DNA from: Octopus vulgaris
Taxonomy: Eukaryota
Direction: 5' to 3'
Length of the DNA: 64,000 nt
NCBI GenBank assembly: GCA_951406725.2
Contig: OX597819.1
Coordinates: 113,894,001 to 113,958,000, forward strand
Part shown: one piece after another, positions 56,201-64,000 of the stretch
Layout: each line of letters starts with the position of its first letter
Position numbering within the stretch: the first letter of the stretch is position 1
The notes under the pieces: model-generated
Database searches by the model: none
What the model was told of the DNA's origin: nothing
The model's input: the letters and a program-made list of their open reading frames with translations, nothing else
Made by a program: the position numbers and the translations under genes

Positions 56201-59200
56201 TTGGATCTATACATCTTACCACTTCTAAAATACATTCCTTTATGAGTTCTGAACCGATGAATGGTTTACCTTTTTTTTCGAAGCAAATATGCAACTTTAT
56301 AGCTGGCTTCTGTTGCACCATTCCCTTGATGTAAGACAGAATGGAAAAATTGTCTTTGCTTTCGTTTTCCATCTTTCAGTTTCCTGCAGTGCTATCTTTC
56401 AAGACTCACCCTTTAATTTGGCATATTTATTGTCTTTATGAAGAGCATAATGCTGCTGTGCATTGAATTTCTTAACCATTACAAAGCAAACAAGACATTT
56501 TGCCTCCATCATCATCATTGTTTAATGTCCGTTTTCCATGCTAGCATGGGTTGGACGGTTCAACCAGGGTCTGAGAAGCCAGGAGGCTGCACCAGGCTCC
56601 AGTCTGGCAGTGTTTCTACAGCTGGATGCCCTTCCTAATGCCAACTACTCCGTGAGTGTAGTGGGTGCTTTTACATGCCACCGGCACGGAAGCTAGTCAA
56701 GGCAGCACTGGCATCAGCCACGTTCGGATGGTGCTTTTTATGTGCCAAAGTTCTAATAACTGAGTACAAAAATGAAAGTACATTATTGACTGAGAAAGAA
56801 AGAAAGATTTTCACAATTCTATGTCTTATTAAAAAAAAGAAAACAATTGGATCCCTCACCTGACTACAATTTTCCCAGGCCCCATGTAGGGAATCACTGG
56901 TCTAGTTAAAGAGGCCTTCAAATAGGGTCCAAACAAATAACTAGTTGTTATTTAGTAAAATAATATTGACAGAAGAGTAGAAAACAATATTAAATTATTT
57001 TCGTTTCCAAGTTATTGATTTCTGATTTTACAACTGTTTTCCAGATGGTTCCTCAGCTGATAAAAGCAGTAGAGCAGAGGACAAAAACTTGTGTAGCAGC
57101 ACCTCTCTTGAAAACCGTTACATCAATGTCATGAAATCGTTCCAGTTTGGTAAGTTGGAGATTCATTAAAATAGCATTTTTAATTATGTTTTTATTATAC
57201 AAATGGTTACATAGCAACAGACTCTGTCGGATATTGGTGGCTATAATAGTTTGTGGTATAAATTATATTTCAATACTGACCACATAGCACAGCATGGTTG
57301 TGTGATTAAGAAGTTCATTTCATAGTTATGGGATACCAGGTTCAATCCACTGCACGGCACTTGTGCAAATGTCATTCAGCTACCATAGCCTCAAATTGAT
57401 CATTACTTTGTGGGTGGAATTTGGTTGGTGGAAACTGCAGAAGAAGCCCATCATTTATTTGTGTGTATATGAATGCACGAAAAAATTTCCATTCCATAAA
57501 ATCCATTTGTTACCCAGACAATGTGGATGCACTTAACCACTGAGGAAGTGCATGAAGGTATCTACAAATTGAAGCCCAACAATGCTCCAAGCAAAGGTGA
57601 TCTACCTGCTGAGACTTTCAAATGTCTGGAACACTTGGAAAAAAGCGATGGGCATTCTTGCAGTAACTACCAAGACATTACAGTAACTACCAAGACAGCC
57701 AAGATATTCAATGTCATTCTACTAACAAAGTCTTTCAGATGAAAATGATCAGTGTACATGATTAGGTTTTTCAGCAGGGCTAAAGCTGTGCTGATCAAAC
57801 TTTCATTTTGAGAAAGGGTTGAAGTTAACAGCCAACCATCACTTGCAACAATATACTGGGGTCATAATAATCAATTATATACTTACAAAAATAAATTAAA
57901 AGCAGGGAAGGTGTCTCTTGTTCCTTACAAATCAAATCAATTTGAATTGAGCAAGTGCAGTTGCAGAAAATCTAGGGCAGTCTTGAAGTATTTAGCTGTG
58001 ACCACTCACAAACTGAATTCAAATTCTGCCAGGGTTGACTTTGCCTGTCATTCATATGTAGTTGAGGCCAATGTATTCTGCAAAATTTATGCAAAATGTT
58101 CTTTCATACTGTTTCATAACTTCTCATAAAGTCAAACCAAATACTTCAAAATATCCACTATTTGATTTGACTTCATTATTAAAACTTAGACGACTCAATG
58201 CCAGTCCATTATATTTGACTTGAGTCTAAAATTCTGGTACCATGCAGTGCTTCTTAGCATAACGCGATGTATTTATATAGACCCATGGTGGTCTAAGGAG
58301 TCAAACACCTGAAATGATTTCAAGCATTAAAGGTGCCAAATTATCAGGGAACTGAATCTAGAAATGTGTGGTAATTTAAGGCTGAAATTCACTGATTTCT
58401 TGCCAATGCAGTAACTAATATTCACCAAACCTGTATTTCACATTAAATATTTTCTGACTATATCAGTATAATATGGCTGAATTTTTATGGTTATTTATAA
58501 TTTAATTTTATTTTAGAAATTTACTTGAGGGTTGATAAATTAAGAACAACTCCATGAAGGGGTCTATGATAGAAGTTTGCTGAATCCTGCTATAGTGCCT
58601 GTGGTATTGTGATGTTATAAAAACAGGAATAATCTTCAGCCCTGTTTGGTAGTATATATGTAATTTTGGTGAGAATGAAAGACTATAATATTCTTTTCTC
58701 TTTCAGAAACTTATGAAATGGTTACAGAGAACGATAGCTTCATGAAATTTTCTACTCCACATCACTATGAGTCAAATGTTCGGACGTCGGGTTTCATAAA
58801 GAATCCATCAAGAGCTCGGCGTTTGGCACAAGAAGCTGTTACTTTATCAACGTCTCTACCTTTATCTGCAAGTAGCAGTGTATTTGTTCGCTGTGATGAA
58901 GACCGACTGGACATTATGAAGGTATCCATAACGTTCTGTCCATTGATAAATTGATGTTTACTTCTGTTGGCTTAAATATAAAGGGTCTCTCTCTTTCTCT
59001 TGGTAACAGCAGCACCTAGAAATTATCTTTTAGCATCATTTGTGCTACATTCCTGTCAATTCTTTCTGGTCCTTGGTTGGGTGACAAGTTTCTATTAGAG
59101 ACAACAAATTTTTTTGTTCGCCTGACTGGCATCCGTGTCGGTGACACATAAAAAGCACCAACTTTTCATGGCCGTTTGCCAGCCTCCTCTGACCCCTGTG

Positions 59201-62022
59201 CCGGTGGCACGTAAAAAGCACTCACTACACTCACGGAGTGGTTGGCGTTAGGAAGGGCATCCAGCTGTAGAAACACTGCCAAATCAGACTGGAGCCTGGT
59301 GCAGCCTCCTGGCTTCTCGGACCCTGGTCAAACCGTCCAGCCCATACCAGCATGGAAAACGGACGTTAGATGATGATGATTATTGTTATTAATCTGAGTA
59401 AGAGGAGCTGGCACTAAATAGTTTTCGTAGAGTCTAACTTCATTCTAAAAAGATTGGTGTTTAGTGTGAACCTCAACAGGTTGACATAAATAGGAAAACA
59501 CTGGCAAGGAAAGAATTCCAGGACTTCAGTTCTTGGATGGAGTGATTTGAATAAGTGTTTAGTGTAAGTTCTGGTTATGATATTACAGTGATAGAATGGT
59601 GAGAAGAGGACAGGTAGAGAGGGTAGCCTTGATGAGGGGTAATGTAAGGGGAGATATAGCACATCTGTGAGCCAGTGATTGAAGTGTGTTGAATTATGAA
59701 TATAAGTGCACTTATGATCAATTGTTTAAGAACCCACTATGTGGCTTCTTTATGCAAACATCATTTTCTGAAGCCATTGGTCAGCTCATACCTTGTGAAC
59801 AAAATAGGGTAAATGGAAGTTTATAGAAGCCTGTTGAATGGATTGTACCTGTAATTCAAAAGTACAACTCAGTGATTCAGAGAATTACATAAAGGATAAA
59901 CATATCTGTAGAAGGTTCAATCAGTTACAGTCCAGTTCAATGAGGAGATAACTCAGGAGATGAGACAACTGAATCCTTGTCATTAAAACAAGATTCAGCC
60001 CACCAAGTGAATGGCTTTTTTTCTTCTTTGAAATGTGACCTAAGATGTTAGCAGCAGGATCATCCTAAATACAGGAGCAATATTCTAATATGGGTCACAC
60101 TTAAAGCTTTGCAGAGGAGGGTCAGTAATTGATTGGTTTTGAAATGTTTTTCTGGTCTTAAAGAAACCCAGTTTGAGGATTGTTGACACAATTTCCACCA
60201 CCTTTGAGCTGTTTGAGGATGCAGGGAGCATAATTGCTGTAATCCTAAGATGCTGAGCCATAGACCACAAGGCCTTGTTCAAACCATAATACTACTACCA
60301 TCATCATTATTTTTTGTACTCTTAAGCTAATCAGCAATACCAGAAAGACCAATTTTCTTAGATGAAGATAAATCACTGTAGAAAAAGGTTGAGGAATTTT
60401 GTGTTTGAGATTTTACATTTGATGGCTGTGTGACAATGGAGGAGTAGCTTGAGATATGTTATTAGAAGCCAAATGAACATTAAATGTAGTGGATTTATCA
60501 GGAAGGAGACTTAAGTTCTAAAGTGTGAAGTGGGTGGGGAGCATAATTGCTGTGATCCTAAGATGCTGAACCATAGACCACAAGGCCTTGAGTCCAAACC
60601 ATAATACTACTACCATCACCATCATTTTTTTGTACTCTTAAGCTAATAAAAGATTTTGCTTTACATATTCAGTTCTCTTTCTCCTACTTGTAAGGCCAAA
60701 TATTTTTGTATGTATGTATGTATCTATATACCTGCAATGTTTCTGCTTTCAGGTGCTCATTACTGGACCAGCTGACACACCATATGCAAATGGCTGTTTT
60801 GAATTTGATGTCTATTTCCCTCAGGACTATCCCATTTCCCCTCCATTCATCAACCTCGAAACCACAGGCAACCACAGTGTACGCTTCAACCCCAATTTAT
60901 ACAATGACGGCAAAGTGTGTTTAAGTGTTCTCAACACATGGCATGGTCGACCTGAGGAGAAATGGAATCCACAGACTTCTAGTTTTTTACAAGTAGGTAC
61001 TTCCCTTTGTATGTGTGTGTGTTTCTTTTGGTGTCTGTCTCTATCTCTGCTATATTTATATTATGTACAACCATTTTTGTTCCTAGATGCATGTGGAACT
61101 ACTCTATCAATCACGTGTTATCTCTCGTTCAATTGTTTCTCTTCTCTCCCCTTCCTCCACTCCAACAGCTTAATCTACACAAAAAAAACCCCATTGACAA
61201 TAACTATCTTTGCTTAATTTCAGGTGCTTGTCTCTATACAGTCTTTGATATTAGTGTCTGAGCCTTATTTCAATGAACCTGGTTATGAACGATCGCGGGG
61301 CACACCATCTGGCACAGCTAGTTCTCGAGAGTATGATGCTAACATTCGTCAGGCAACTGTTAAATGGGCCATGTTGGAGCAGATACGAGATCCATCACCC
61401 TGTTTTAAAGAGGTCAGTATTGTAACAACTTCTCTACAAGATTTGACCACTGGCAAATTGTTTTCCAGTGGCTTTGTATTTATTTATTGTTTCAAGAAAG
61501 GAACTGTAACCATAGCCTTTGTGATCCTTCACAGATTTAGTTGTTTGGCTTGAATTTCTATAGAAAAAAGTAACAGCTTTGGAGTATAACAGACTTTGCT
61601 CAACCTTGGGTTACAGCAGAAGACCCTTAGCCAAAGTACTACATACACAGACATAAGTGAGTGGTTATTTTTGCTGTGTACTGCAGAGTATTTACACATG
61701 AAACGTGTAAATATATTTCAGTGCACCAGTGGGATACAATGTGTCCACCTTACTACTTCCACTAATTGCTGGCTCACAAGTCCTAATAGTAAATGGGGGA
61801 TACTAACTATGTATAGTTCACCCCTCTAAGTGGTTTTGATTTCTATTCTTTTATTTGTTTGTCATTTGACTGTGGCCATGCTGGAGCACCGCTTATAGTC
61901 GAAGAAATCAACCCTAGGACTTATTCTATCAGTCACTTTTGTCAAAATGTTAAGTTTCAGGGATGTAAACATACCAACAACGGTTGCCAAGGTGGGGGGG
62001 GACAAACACAGATACACAAACA

Positions 62023-62058
<36 letters not shown>

Positions 62059-62260
62059 CGTGGCTATCAGATGTTGCTACACATCGCTGGTCACAATGCG
62101 CTTTGCATTGTTTTAACCTTCAAATGATGCCACCTCGCTGGCTAAGTGAGCAGGCCAACAGAAGAAAGAGTGAGAAAAAGTTGTGGTGAAAGAGTACAGC
62201 AGGGATCGCCACCACCCCCTGCCGGAGCCTCGTGGAGCTAAACCTCAATTGCGCCCCCAC

Positions 62261-62307
<47 letters not shown>

Positions 62308-63137
62308 GAATGGGCTTCTTTCAGTTTCCATCTACCAAATCCACTCACAAGGCTTTGGTCAGCCTAAGGCTTATAGTAGAAGGCACTTGCCCAAGATGCC
62401 ATGCAATAGAACTGAACCTCGAACCATGTGGTTGGGTATGTGCCTATAAACTATATAACTAAATAGTTTAAATTAGATTATAGTGTACAAGTTCCAGTGA
62501 TTAATGGGCAGTAGTAGTTGTTGTTGTTGTTGTTGTTAAGATCCAAATTGAGTCAAACTATAATCAAAACTGTTCCAGCCATGACCAGCTCATCATTTTT
62601 CTAAGACCTACCATCTTTTTGTGATCCAAGAAGATGAGTGATTTGGTTGCTATTTCTGGCATGTTGAGCAACTAATGTAGATGTTTTTTGAGCTTCTGGT
62701 TAACTTGGTCAAGTACCATTTCATCTTTTCATTTATGTAGGAACCCAGGACCACAGTATTCTTGGCCTTTTTAAAAGATTTCAGTGACTTGGTTGCTATT
62801 TCTAGTGAGTTGAATGACCACAAAAAGGTTCCTTTGTTGAGTGGTAGAATTAGTGGCTTGTGTTTCAAGTAAATATTGCAATTTGATTTAAAATCTTTTC
62901 ATAGAAGTTTAGTCCATCCTTCTGGCACAGTGTGGAGGTAGGTCCTTCACTGATCAATTCTTTGTCATTTATCTATTCATGTTCTTTTCCTTTCTTCCCC
63001 AGGTAATCCAGAATCACTTTTGGTTAAAACGCCATGAAATTTTGTCACAATGTGAGCAGTGGATCTGTGAAATGGAGTCATACAGTCATGACAAACGGAC
63101 AGGAAGACATATAGCACACAGTACTTTAGCATTGAAA
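1544..63137 (+). CDS. BIRC6: BIRC6 / BRUCE / Apollon (baculoviral IAP repeat-containing protein 6, E2/E3 hybrid); partial gene, 48 exons in window, 5' and 3' ends outside
   Basis: The spliced translation contains BIRC6 hallmark peptides: [11 protein letters not shown]...[64 protein letters not shown], and [25 protein letters not shown]. All junctions are GT-AG with matching phases; summed length 12011 nt = 2 + 4003 codons. Confidence 0.97.
2275..2494 (+). CDS. BIRC6: BIRC6 exon 2
   Basis: cag|..GAAAG|gtaaca; [32 protein letters not shown]; phase 1-2. Confidence 0.93.
3090..3750 (+). CDS. BIRC6: BIRC6 exon 3
   Basis: cag|C..CAG|gtaata; [25 protein letters not shown]; phase 2-0. Confidence 0.93.
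4325..4660 (+). mobile_element. Two decayed tandem SINE family A copies
   Basis: Two GTGGTTGG..GAAGGGCA..CCATGC..GATGATGAT blocks. Confidence 0.65.
4841..5076 (+). CDS. BIRC6: BIRC6 exon 4
   Basis: tag|GCA..AAG|gtgaga; [14 protein letters not shown]; phase 0-2. Confidence 0.88.
6428..6598 (+). CDS. BIRC6: BIRC6 exon 5
   Basis: cag|G..AA|gtaagg; [15 protein letters not shown]; phase 2-2. Confidence 0.88.
7162..7287 (+). CDS. BIRC6: BIRC6 exon 6
   Basis: cag|G..GA|gtaagt; [21 protein letters not shown]; phase 2-2. Confidence 0.88.
9027..9281 (+). CDS. BIRC6: BIRC6 exon 7
   Basis: cag|A..CG|gtaagc; [13 protein letters not shown]; phase 2-2, 255 nt. Confidence 0.9.
10240..10643 (-). mobile_element. 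Two Penelope/retrozyme-like short repeats either side of a (TA)n tract
   Basis: Non-coding blocks abutting (TA)n at 10399-10440, each with a decayed hammerhead-like architecture on the minus strand. Confidence 0.45.
10398..10440. repeat. (TA)n microsatellite
   Basis: Perfect dinucleotide run. Confidence 0.95.
10977..11730 (+). CDS. BIRC6: BIRC6 exon 8
   Basis: tag|G..AAA|gtaagt; [36 protein letters not shown]; phase 2-0. Confidence 0.92.
11956..12064 (+). CDS. BIRC6: BIRC6 exon 9
   Basis: cag|AAT..TCAG|gtaatt; [17 protein letters not shown]; phase 0-1. Confidence 0.9.
12490..12704 (+). CDS. BIRC6: BIRC6 exon 10 (jelly-roll/CBM32-like region)
   Basis: [35 protein letters not shown]; phase 1-0. 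Confidence 0.93.
13425..13908 (+). CDS. BIRC6: BIRC6 exon 11
   Basis: [33 protein letters not shown]; phase 0-1. Confidence 0.92.
14462..14798 (+). CDS. BIRC6: BIRC6 exon 12
   Basis: [29 protein letters not shown]; phase 1-2. Confidence 0.92.
15345..15502 (+). mobile_element. SINE family A copy
   Basis: TTAGGAAGGGCATCCA..CCAACCCATGCCAGCATGG..GATGATGAT. Confidence 0.8.
15917..16062 (+). CDS. BIRC6: BIRC6 exon 13
   Basis: [14 protein letters not shown]; cag/gttagt; phase 2-1. Confidence 0.88.
17427..17549 (+). CDS. BIRC6: BIRC6 exon 14
   Basis: [18 protein letters not shown]; donor gtaggt chosen by phase (1-1). Confidence 0.85.
18600..18874 (+). CDS. BIRC6: BIRC6 exon 15
   Basis: [24 protein letters not shown]|gtgtgt; phase 1-0. 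Confidence 0.87.
19486..19529 (-). ncRNA. Mirror copy of the hammerhead motif on the minus strand
   Basis: Exact reverse complement of 19585-19628 within the palindrome. Confidence 0.7.
19585..19628 (+). ncRNA. Putative minimal type I hammerhead ribozyme (Penelope-like/retrozyme type)
   Basis: CCAC-CUGAAGA-U-UGUC(GGUAGCA)GACA-U-GAAA-CA(UU)UG-UA^GUGG: stem I CCAC/GUGG, intact CUGANGA and GAAA cores, GUA cleavage triplet; U-U at 10.1/11.1 is atypical. Confidence 0.7.
20692..20898 (+). CDS. BIRC6: BIRC6 exon 16
   Basis: cag|[39 protein letters not shown]; phase 0-0; 5' boundary slightly uncertain. Confidence 0.85.
21140..21290 (+). mobile_element. tRNA-derived Nin-domain-type SINE fragment
   Basis: GGTCAACTCTGCCTTTCATCTTTTTGGGGTTAATAAAATAAGTACCAG core. 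Confidence 0.65.
22085..22268 (+). CDS. BIRC6: BIRC6 exon 17
   Basis: [33 protein letters not shown]; phase 0-1. Confidence 0.92.
22777..22926 (+). CDS. BIRC6: BIRC6 exon 18
   Basis: cag|GT..ACTG|gtttgt; [13 protein letters not shown]; phase 1-1. Confidence 0.82.
23230..23616 (+). mobile_element. SINE family A, long variant
   Basis: Family A 3' block with (GAT)n tail; the upstream part matches 47620-47790 in reverse. Confidence 0.7.
24609..24822 (+). CDS. BIRC6: BIRC6 exon 19
   Basis: Open acidic reading frame between tag and gtaagt; phase 1-2 fits both neighbours; low-conservation region. Confidence 0.75.
25490..25643 (+). CDS. BIRC6: BIRC6 exon 20
   Basis: [19 protein letters not shown]|gtaagt; phase 2-0. 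Confidence 0.87.
26818..27044 (-). mobile_element. SINE family A copy with 39-bp target-site duplication
   Basis: Flanked by ATGGTATCACATCTGTCAAATCCATACCAACAT(G/A)GAGAA at 26779-26817 and 27045-27083. Confidence 0.85.
27388..27540 (+). CDS. BIRC6: BIRC6 exon 21
   Basis: Strong pyrimidine tract, cag|VMLSYQ..PTQ|gtatga; phase 0-0. Confidence 0.8.
27866..28121 (-). mobile_element. SINE family A copy
   Basis: Near-identical in reverse to 1100-1356. Confidence 0.85.
28345..28797 (+). CDS. BIRC6: BIRC6 exon 22
   Basis: [25 protein letters not shown]; alternative in-frame acceptor at 28351; phase 0-0. Confidence 0.88.
29169..30450 (-). mobile_element. Full-length degenerate mariner element (about 1.28 kb) with TIRs and frameshifted transposase
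   Basis: TIR core AAAAAGTTTGTGC.C.GTGTTAAAATAATG at 29180-29209 and inverted at about 30409-30438; ORF pieces [10 protein letters not shown] and [16 protein letters not shown] (YSPDLAPSD motif). Confidence 0.9.
30700..30821 (+). CDS. BIRC6: BIRC6 exon 23
   Basis: [16 protein letters not shown]; phase 0-2. Confidence 0.88.
31100..32070 (+). CDS. BIRC6: BIRC6 exon 24
   Basis: [41 protein letters not shown]; phase 2-1. Confidence 0.93.
33301..33495 (+). CDS. BIRC6: BIRC6 exon 25
   Basis: VICNNLV..NFAPLG; phase 1-1. Confidence 0.9.
34353..34553 (+). CDS. BIRC6: BIRC6 exon 26 (DOC-like jelly-roll region)
   Basis: [31 protein letters not shown]; phase 1-1. Confidence 0.93.
34845..35121 (+). CDS. 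BIRC6: BIRC6 exon 27
   Basis: [31 protein letters not shown]; phase 1-2. Confidence 0.92.
35243..35455 (+). mobile_element. tRNA-derived Nin-domain-type SINE
   Basis: GGCAGAA..GAGTTCAA (B-box-like)..GGTCAACTTTGCCTTTCATCCTT..GATAAAATATGTACC; homologous to 42310-42524. Confidence 0.75.
35827..36065 (+). CDS. BIRC6: BIRC6 exon 28
   Basis: [30 protein letters not shown]; phase 2-1. Confidence 0.9.
37083..37188 (+). CDS. BIRC6: BIRC6 exon 29
   Basis: [16 protein letters not shown]; tag/gtgagt; phase 1-2. Confidence 0.88.
37615..37997 (-). mobile_element. Non-autonomous Helitron
   Basis: The minus strand begins TC (TCTTTATATATAAAAG) and ends CTAG, with a subterminal GC-rich hairpin CCTG-AGC-AAC-GC-CAGG; inserted between A and T with no TSD. 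Confidence 0.75.
38188..38418 (+). CDS. BIRC6: BIRC6 exon 30
   Basis: [23 protein letters not shown]; phase 2-2. Confidence 0.9.
39534..40099 (+). CDS. BIRC6: BIRC6 exon 31
   Basis: [28 protein letters not shown]; phase 2-1. Confidence 0.92.
41619..41830 (+). CDS. BIRC6: BIRC6 exon 32
   Basis: [22 protein letters not shown]; phase 1-0. Confidence 0.9.
42310..42524 (+). mobile_element. tRNA-derived Nin-domain-type SINE with 18-bp TSD
   Basis: A/B-box-like GAGCTGGCAGA..GTTCAAATTCC, core CCTTTCATCCTTTCGGGGTCGATAAA, A-rich tail; TSD ATAAACTTAATACCATAA at 42292-42309 and 42525-42542. Confidence 0.88.
42877..43012 (+). CDS. BIRC6: BIRC6 exon 33
   Basis: [33 protein letters not shown]; phase 0-1. 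Confidence 0.9.
43170..43596 (+). mobile_element. Decayed RTE-like LINE 3' end
   Basis: Purine-rich decayed ORF end terminating in GGAAAAACATGAAACAGATGATGATGA, a tail resembling SINE family A. Confidence 0.45.
43760..43996 (+). CDS. BIRC6: BIRC6 exon 34
   Basis: [25 protein letters not shown]; phase 1-1. Confidence 0.9.
45566..45688 (+). CDS. BIRC6: BIRC6 exon 35
   Basis: cag|AC..GCAG|gtgagt; open frame, phase 1-1. Confidence 0.82.
45968..46161 (+). mobile_element. Mariner 3' fragment (transposase C-terminus plus TIR)
   Basis: [37 protein letters not shown], then TIR-like AAAACTGCAAGAACTTTCTTGACAGCCGTA. Confidence 0.8.
46972..47130 (+). CDS. BIRC6: BIRC6 exon 36
   Basis: [17 protein letters not shown]; phase 1-1. 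Confidence 0.87.
47457..47790 (-). mobile_element. SINE family A, long variant
   Basis: (CAT)n-TTTAACGTCCG..CATGGGTTGGACGG..GGATGCCCTT. Confidence 0.8.
47955..48098 (+). CDS. BIRC6: BIRC6 exon 37 (UBL-like region)
   Basis: [25 protein letters not shown]; phase 1-1. Confidence 0.9.
48597..48829 (+). CDS. BIRC6: BIRC6 exon 38
   Basis: [21 protein letters not shown]; phase 1-0. Confidence 0.92.
49577..49790 (+). CDS. BIRC6: BIRC6 exon 39
   Basis: [44 protein letters not shown]; phase 0-1. Confidence 0.93.
50490..50704 (+). CDS. BIRC6: BIRC6 exon 40
   Basis: [36 protein letters not shown]; phase 1-0. Confidence 0.93.
52169..52357 (+). CDS. BIRC6: BIRC6 exon 41
   Basis: [31 protein letters not shown]; phase 0-0. 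Confidence 0.92.
52518..52840 (-). mobile_element. SINE family A copy with 3 internal units
   Basis: High similarity to 26818-27044 and 27866-28121. Confidence 0.85.
53380..53735 (+). CDS. BIRC6: BIRC6 exon 42
   Basis: [30 protein letters not shown]; phase 0-2. Confidence 0.93.
54612..54793 (+). CDS. BIRC6: BIRC6 exon 43
   Basis: [17 protein letters not shown]; phase 2-1. Confidence 0.9.
55050..56899 (-). mobile_element. hAT (Charlie/SPIN/GTF2IRD2-like) transposon remnant, fragmented transposase
   Basis: DESTD (first catalytic Asp), [25 protein letters not shown] motifs; 5' terminus CAGTGATTCCC at 56899 next to GTCTAGTT, resembling the Charlie-type NTCTAGAN target; left boundary approximate. 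Confidence 0.88.
56507..56746 (-). mobile_element. SINE family A copy nested in the hAT element
   Basis: Family A sequence interrupting the hAT 5' region. Confidence 0.85.
57045..57149 (+). CDS. BIRC6: BIRC6 exon 44
   Basis: [15 protein letters not shown]; phase 1-1. Confidence 0.88.
57285..57465 (+). mobile_element. tRNA-derived SINE (second family), decayed
   Basis: TGGTTGTGTGATTAAG..GGTTCAATCC..GGCAC..GGAAACTG..AGAAGCCC; reverse-strand relatives near 22600-22730, 51560-51715 and 62306-62440. Confidence 0.6.
57521..57815 (+). mobile_element. RTE-like LINE reverse transcriptase fragment
   Basis: [38 protein letters not shown], then GF..C.DQTFILR, matching RT pre-domain 0 to domain 2 motifs. 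Confidence 0.7.
58707..58921 (+). CDS. BIRC6: BIRC6 exon 45 (start of UBC domain)
   Basis: [37 protein letters not shown]; phase 1-0. Confidence 0.95.
59120..59380 (+). mobile_element. SINE family A copy
   Basis: Two units plus 3' block and (GAT)n tail. Confidence 0.85.
60224..60647. repeat. Direct repeat of about 108 bp (60224-60331 and 60537-60647)
   Basis: GGGAGCATAATTGCTGT..CTAAGATGCTGA..TGTACTCTTAAGCTAAT occurs twice. Confidence 0.9.
60753..60992 (+). CDS. BIRC6: BIRC6 exon 46 (UBC catalytic Cys)
   Basis: [53 protein letters not shown]; phase 0-0. Confidence 0.96.
61224..61412 (+). CDS. BIRC6: BIRC6 exon 47 (UBC)
   Basis: [38 protein letters not shown]; phase 0-0. Confidence 0.95.
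61855..62440. repeat. Cluster of short interspersed repeats separated by (TA)n/(CA)n
   Basis: Three repeat-like blocks with microsatellites at about 62025-62055 and 62262-62306. Confidence 0.55.
63003..63137 (+). CDS. BIRC6: BIRC6 exon 48 (no stop; gene continues beyond window)
   Basis: [24 protein letters not shown]|gtcagt. Confidence 0.92.
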
Positions 63138-63294
63138 GTCAGTTCAATTTTTGTTATTTATCCTTTACACAAAGTTCTTTCAGTCCCAACACCACATCAA
63201 GCGCATTTTATGTAGGAAGAAGTAGTGGCATAGTTTTGGAAATATTGAAATTTCAAAGAGCTGCTGACATGATTTAATTCTAGTTGTTGGTTGA

Positions 63295-63496
63295 TGCCAG
63301 TGCTGGCTGACTGGCTCCCATGCCGGTGGCACGTAAAAAAACACCCACTACACTCTCGGAGTGGTTGGCATTAGGAACGGCATCCAGCTGTAGAAACTTT
63401 GCCGGATCAGATTGGAACCTGGTTTGCCAGTCCGCAGTCGAACTGTCCAACCCATGGTAGCATGGAAAATGGACATTAAACTATAATGATGATGAT
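63295..63496 (+). mobile_element. SINE family A copy
   Basis: TGCCGGTGGCACGTAAAAAA..GGAGTGGTTGGC..GATGATG. Confidence 0.8.
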
Positions 63497-63637
63497 GTTT
63501 TAGTTTAACTTCAACAGCCTTGTTACAAAGTTTCTGGATAATTTTGAAACTTGAAATATTTGAATTATGCAGTGAGCGACCATTAGATATTTAATTGGTA
63601 CTCTCACATAGCTCATTAACTTGCCAGTGTTTACATA

Positions 63638-63770
63638 TCATCGTCATTTAATGTCCGTTGTCCATGCTGGCATGGGTTTGGATTGTTTGACCAGGGTTGG
63701 CAAGCTGGAAGGCTGCACCAGACTACACTCTGATTTGGCATGGTCTCTACAGCTGGATGCTCTTTCTACA
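63638..63770 (-). mobile_element. SINE family A 3' fragment
   Basis: CATCGTCATTTAATGTCCG..CAGCTGGATGC. Confidence 0.75.
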
Positions 63771-64000
63771 GGAAGAAAAATGCTCTTATCTTGAGACTTG
63801 ATCAAATAGTTTTTAGTTATCTGGCAGCACTATTAACCCTTTAGTGTTCAGATTACTGTTAAATGTAATACTTTTTCGATCAAATTGTTTTGACTTAATC
63901 ATGCATTGTCTAATAGCTTTGAGGTTTCAATGATGTGATTGTTTATTTTAGAATGTCAATGTAGGTTTGGTGTGAGAGGCTAGATATCGCCAGTTTGAAT

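Noticed and set aside
58922-60752. Donor GTATCC suggesting a U12-type intron
   Set aside because: It continues GTATCCAT rather than GTATCCTT, and no TCCTTAAC-like branch site lies near the acceptor

Overview
AT-rich eukaryotic genomic DNA. The repeat families and gene style suggest a coleoid cephalopod, probably Octopus (inference). The whole window lies inside one + strand gene, BIRC6 (BRUCE/Apollon, giant IAP with a C-terminal UBC/E2 domain). I traced 48 GT-AG exons by hand (1544..63137, about 12.0 kb coding, about 4,000 codons) with consistent phases throughout. The N-terminal BIR region lies upstream of the window and the last exon(s) downstream. The introns are dense in transposable elements: RTE-tailed SINEs, tRNA/Nin-type SINEs, mariner/Tc1 and hAT remnants, a non-autonomous Helitron and RTE LINE fragments. 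The most unusual feature is a perfect 166-bp-arm palindrome embedded in (TA)n in intron 15, each arm carrying a minimal type I hammerhead-ribozyme motif (Penelope/retrozyme-like). Two further decayed hammerhead-like motifs flank another (TA)n tract. Other oddities are a templated inverted insertion bracketing an in-frame exon and tandem H-type pseudoknot units in a SINE. Exon numbers are window-local. Homology calls rest on recognition from memory, not on searches.
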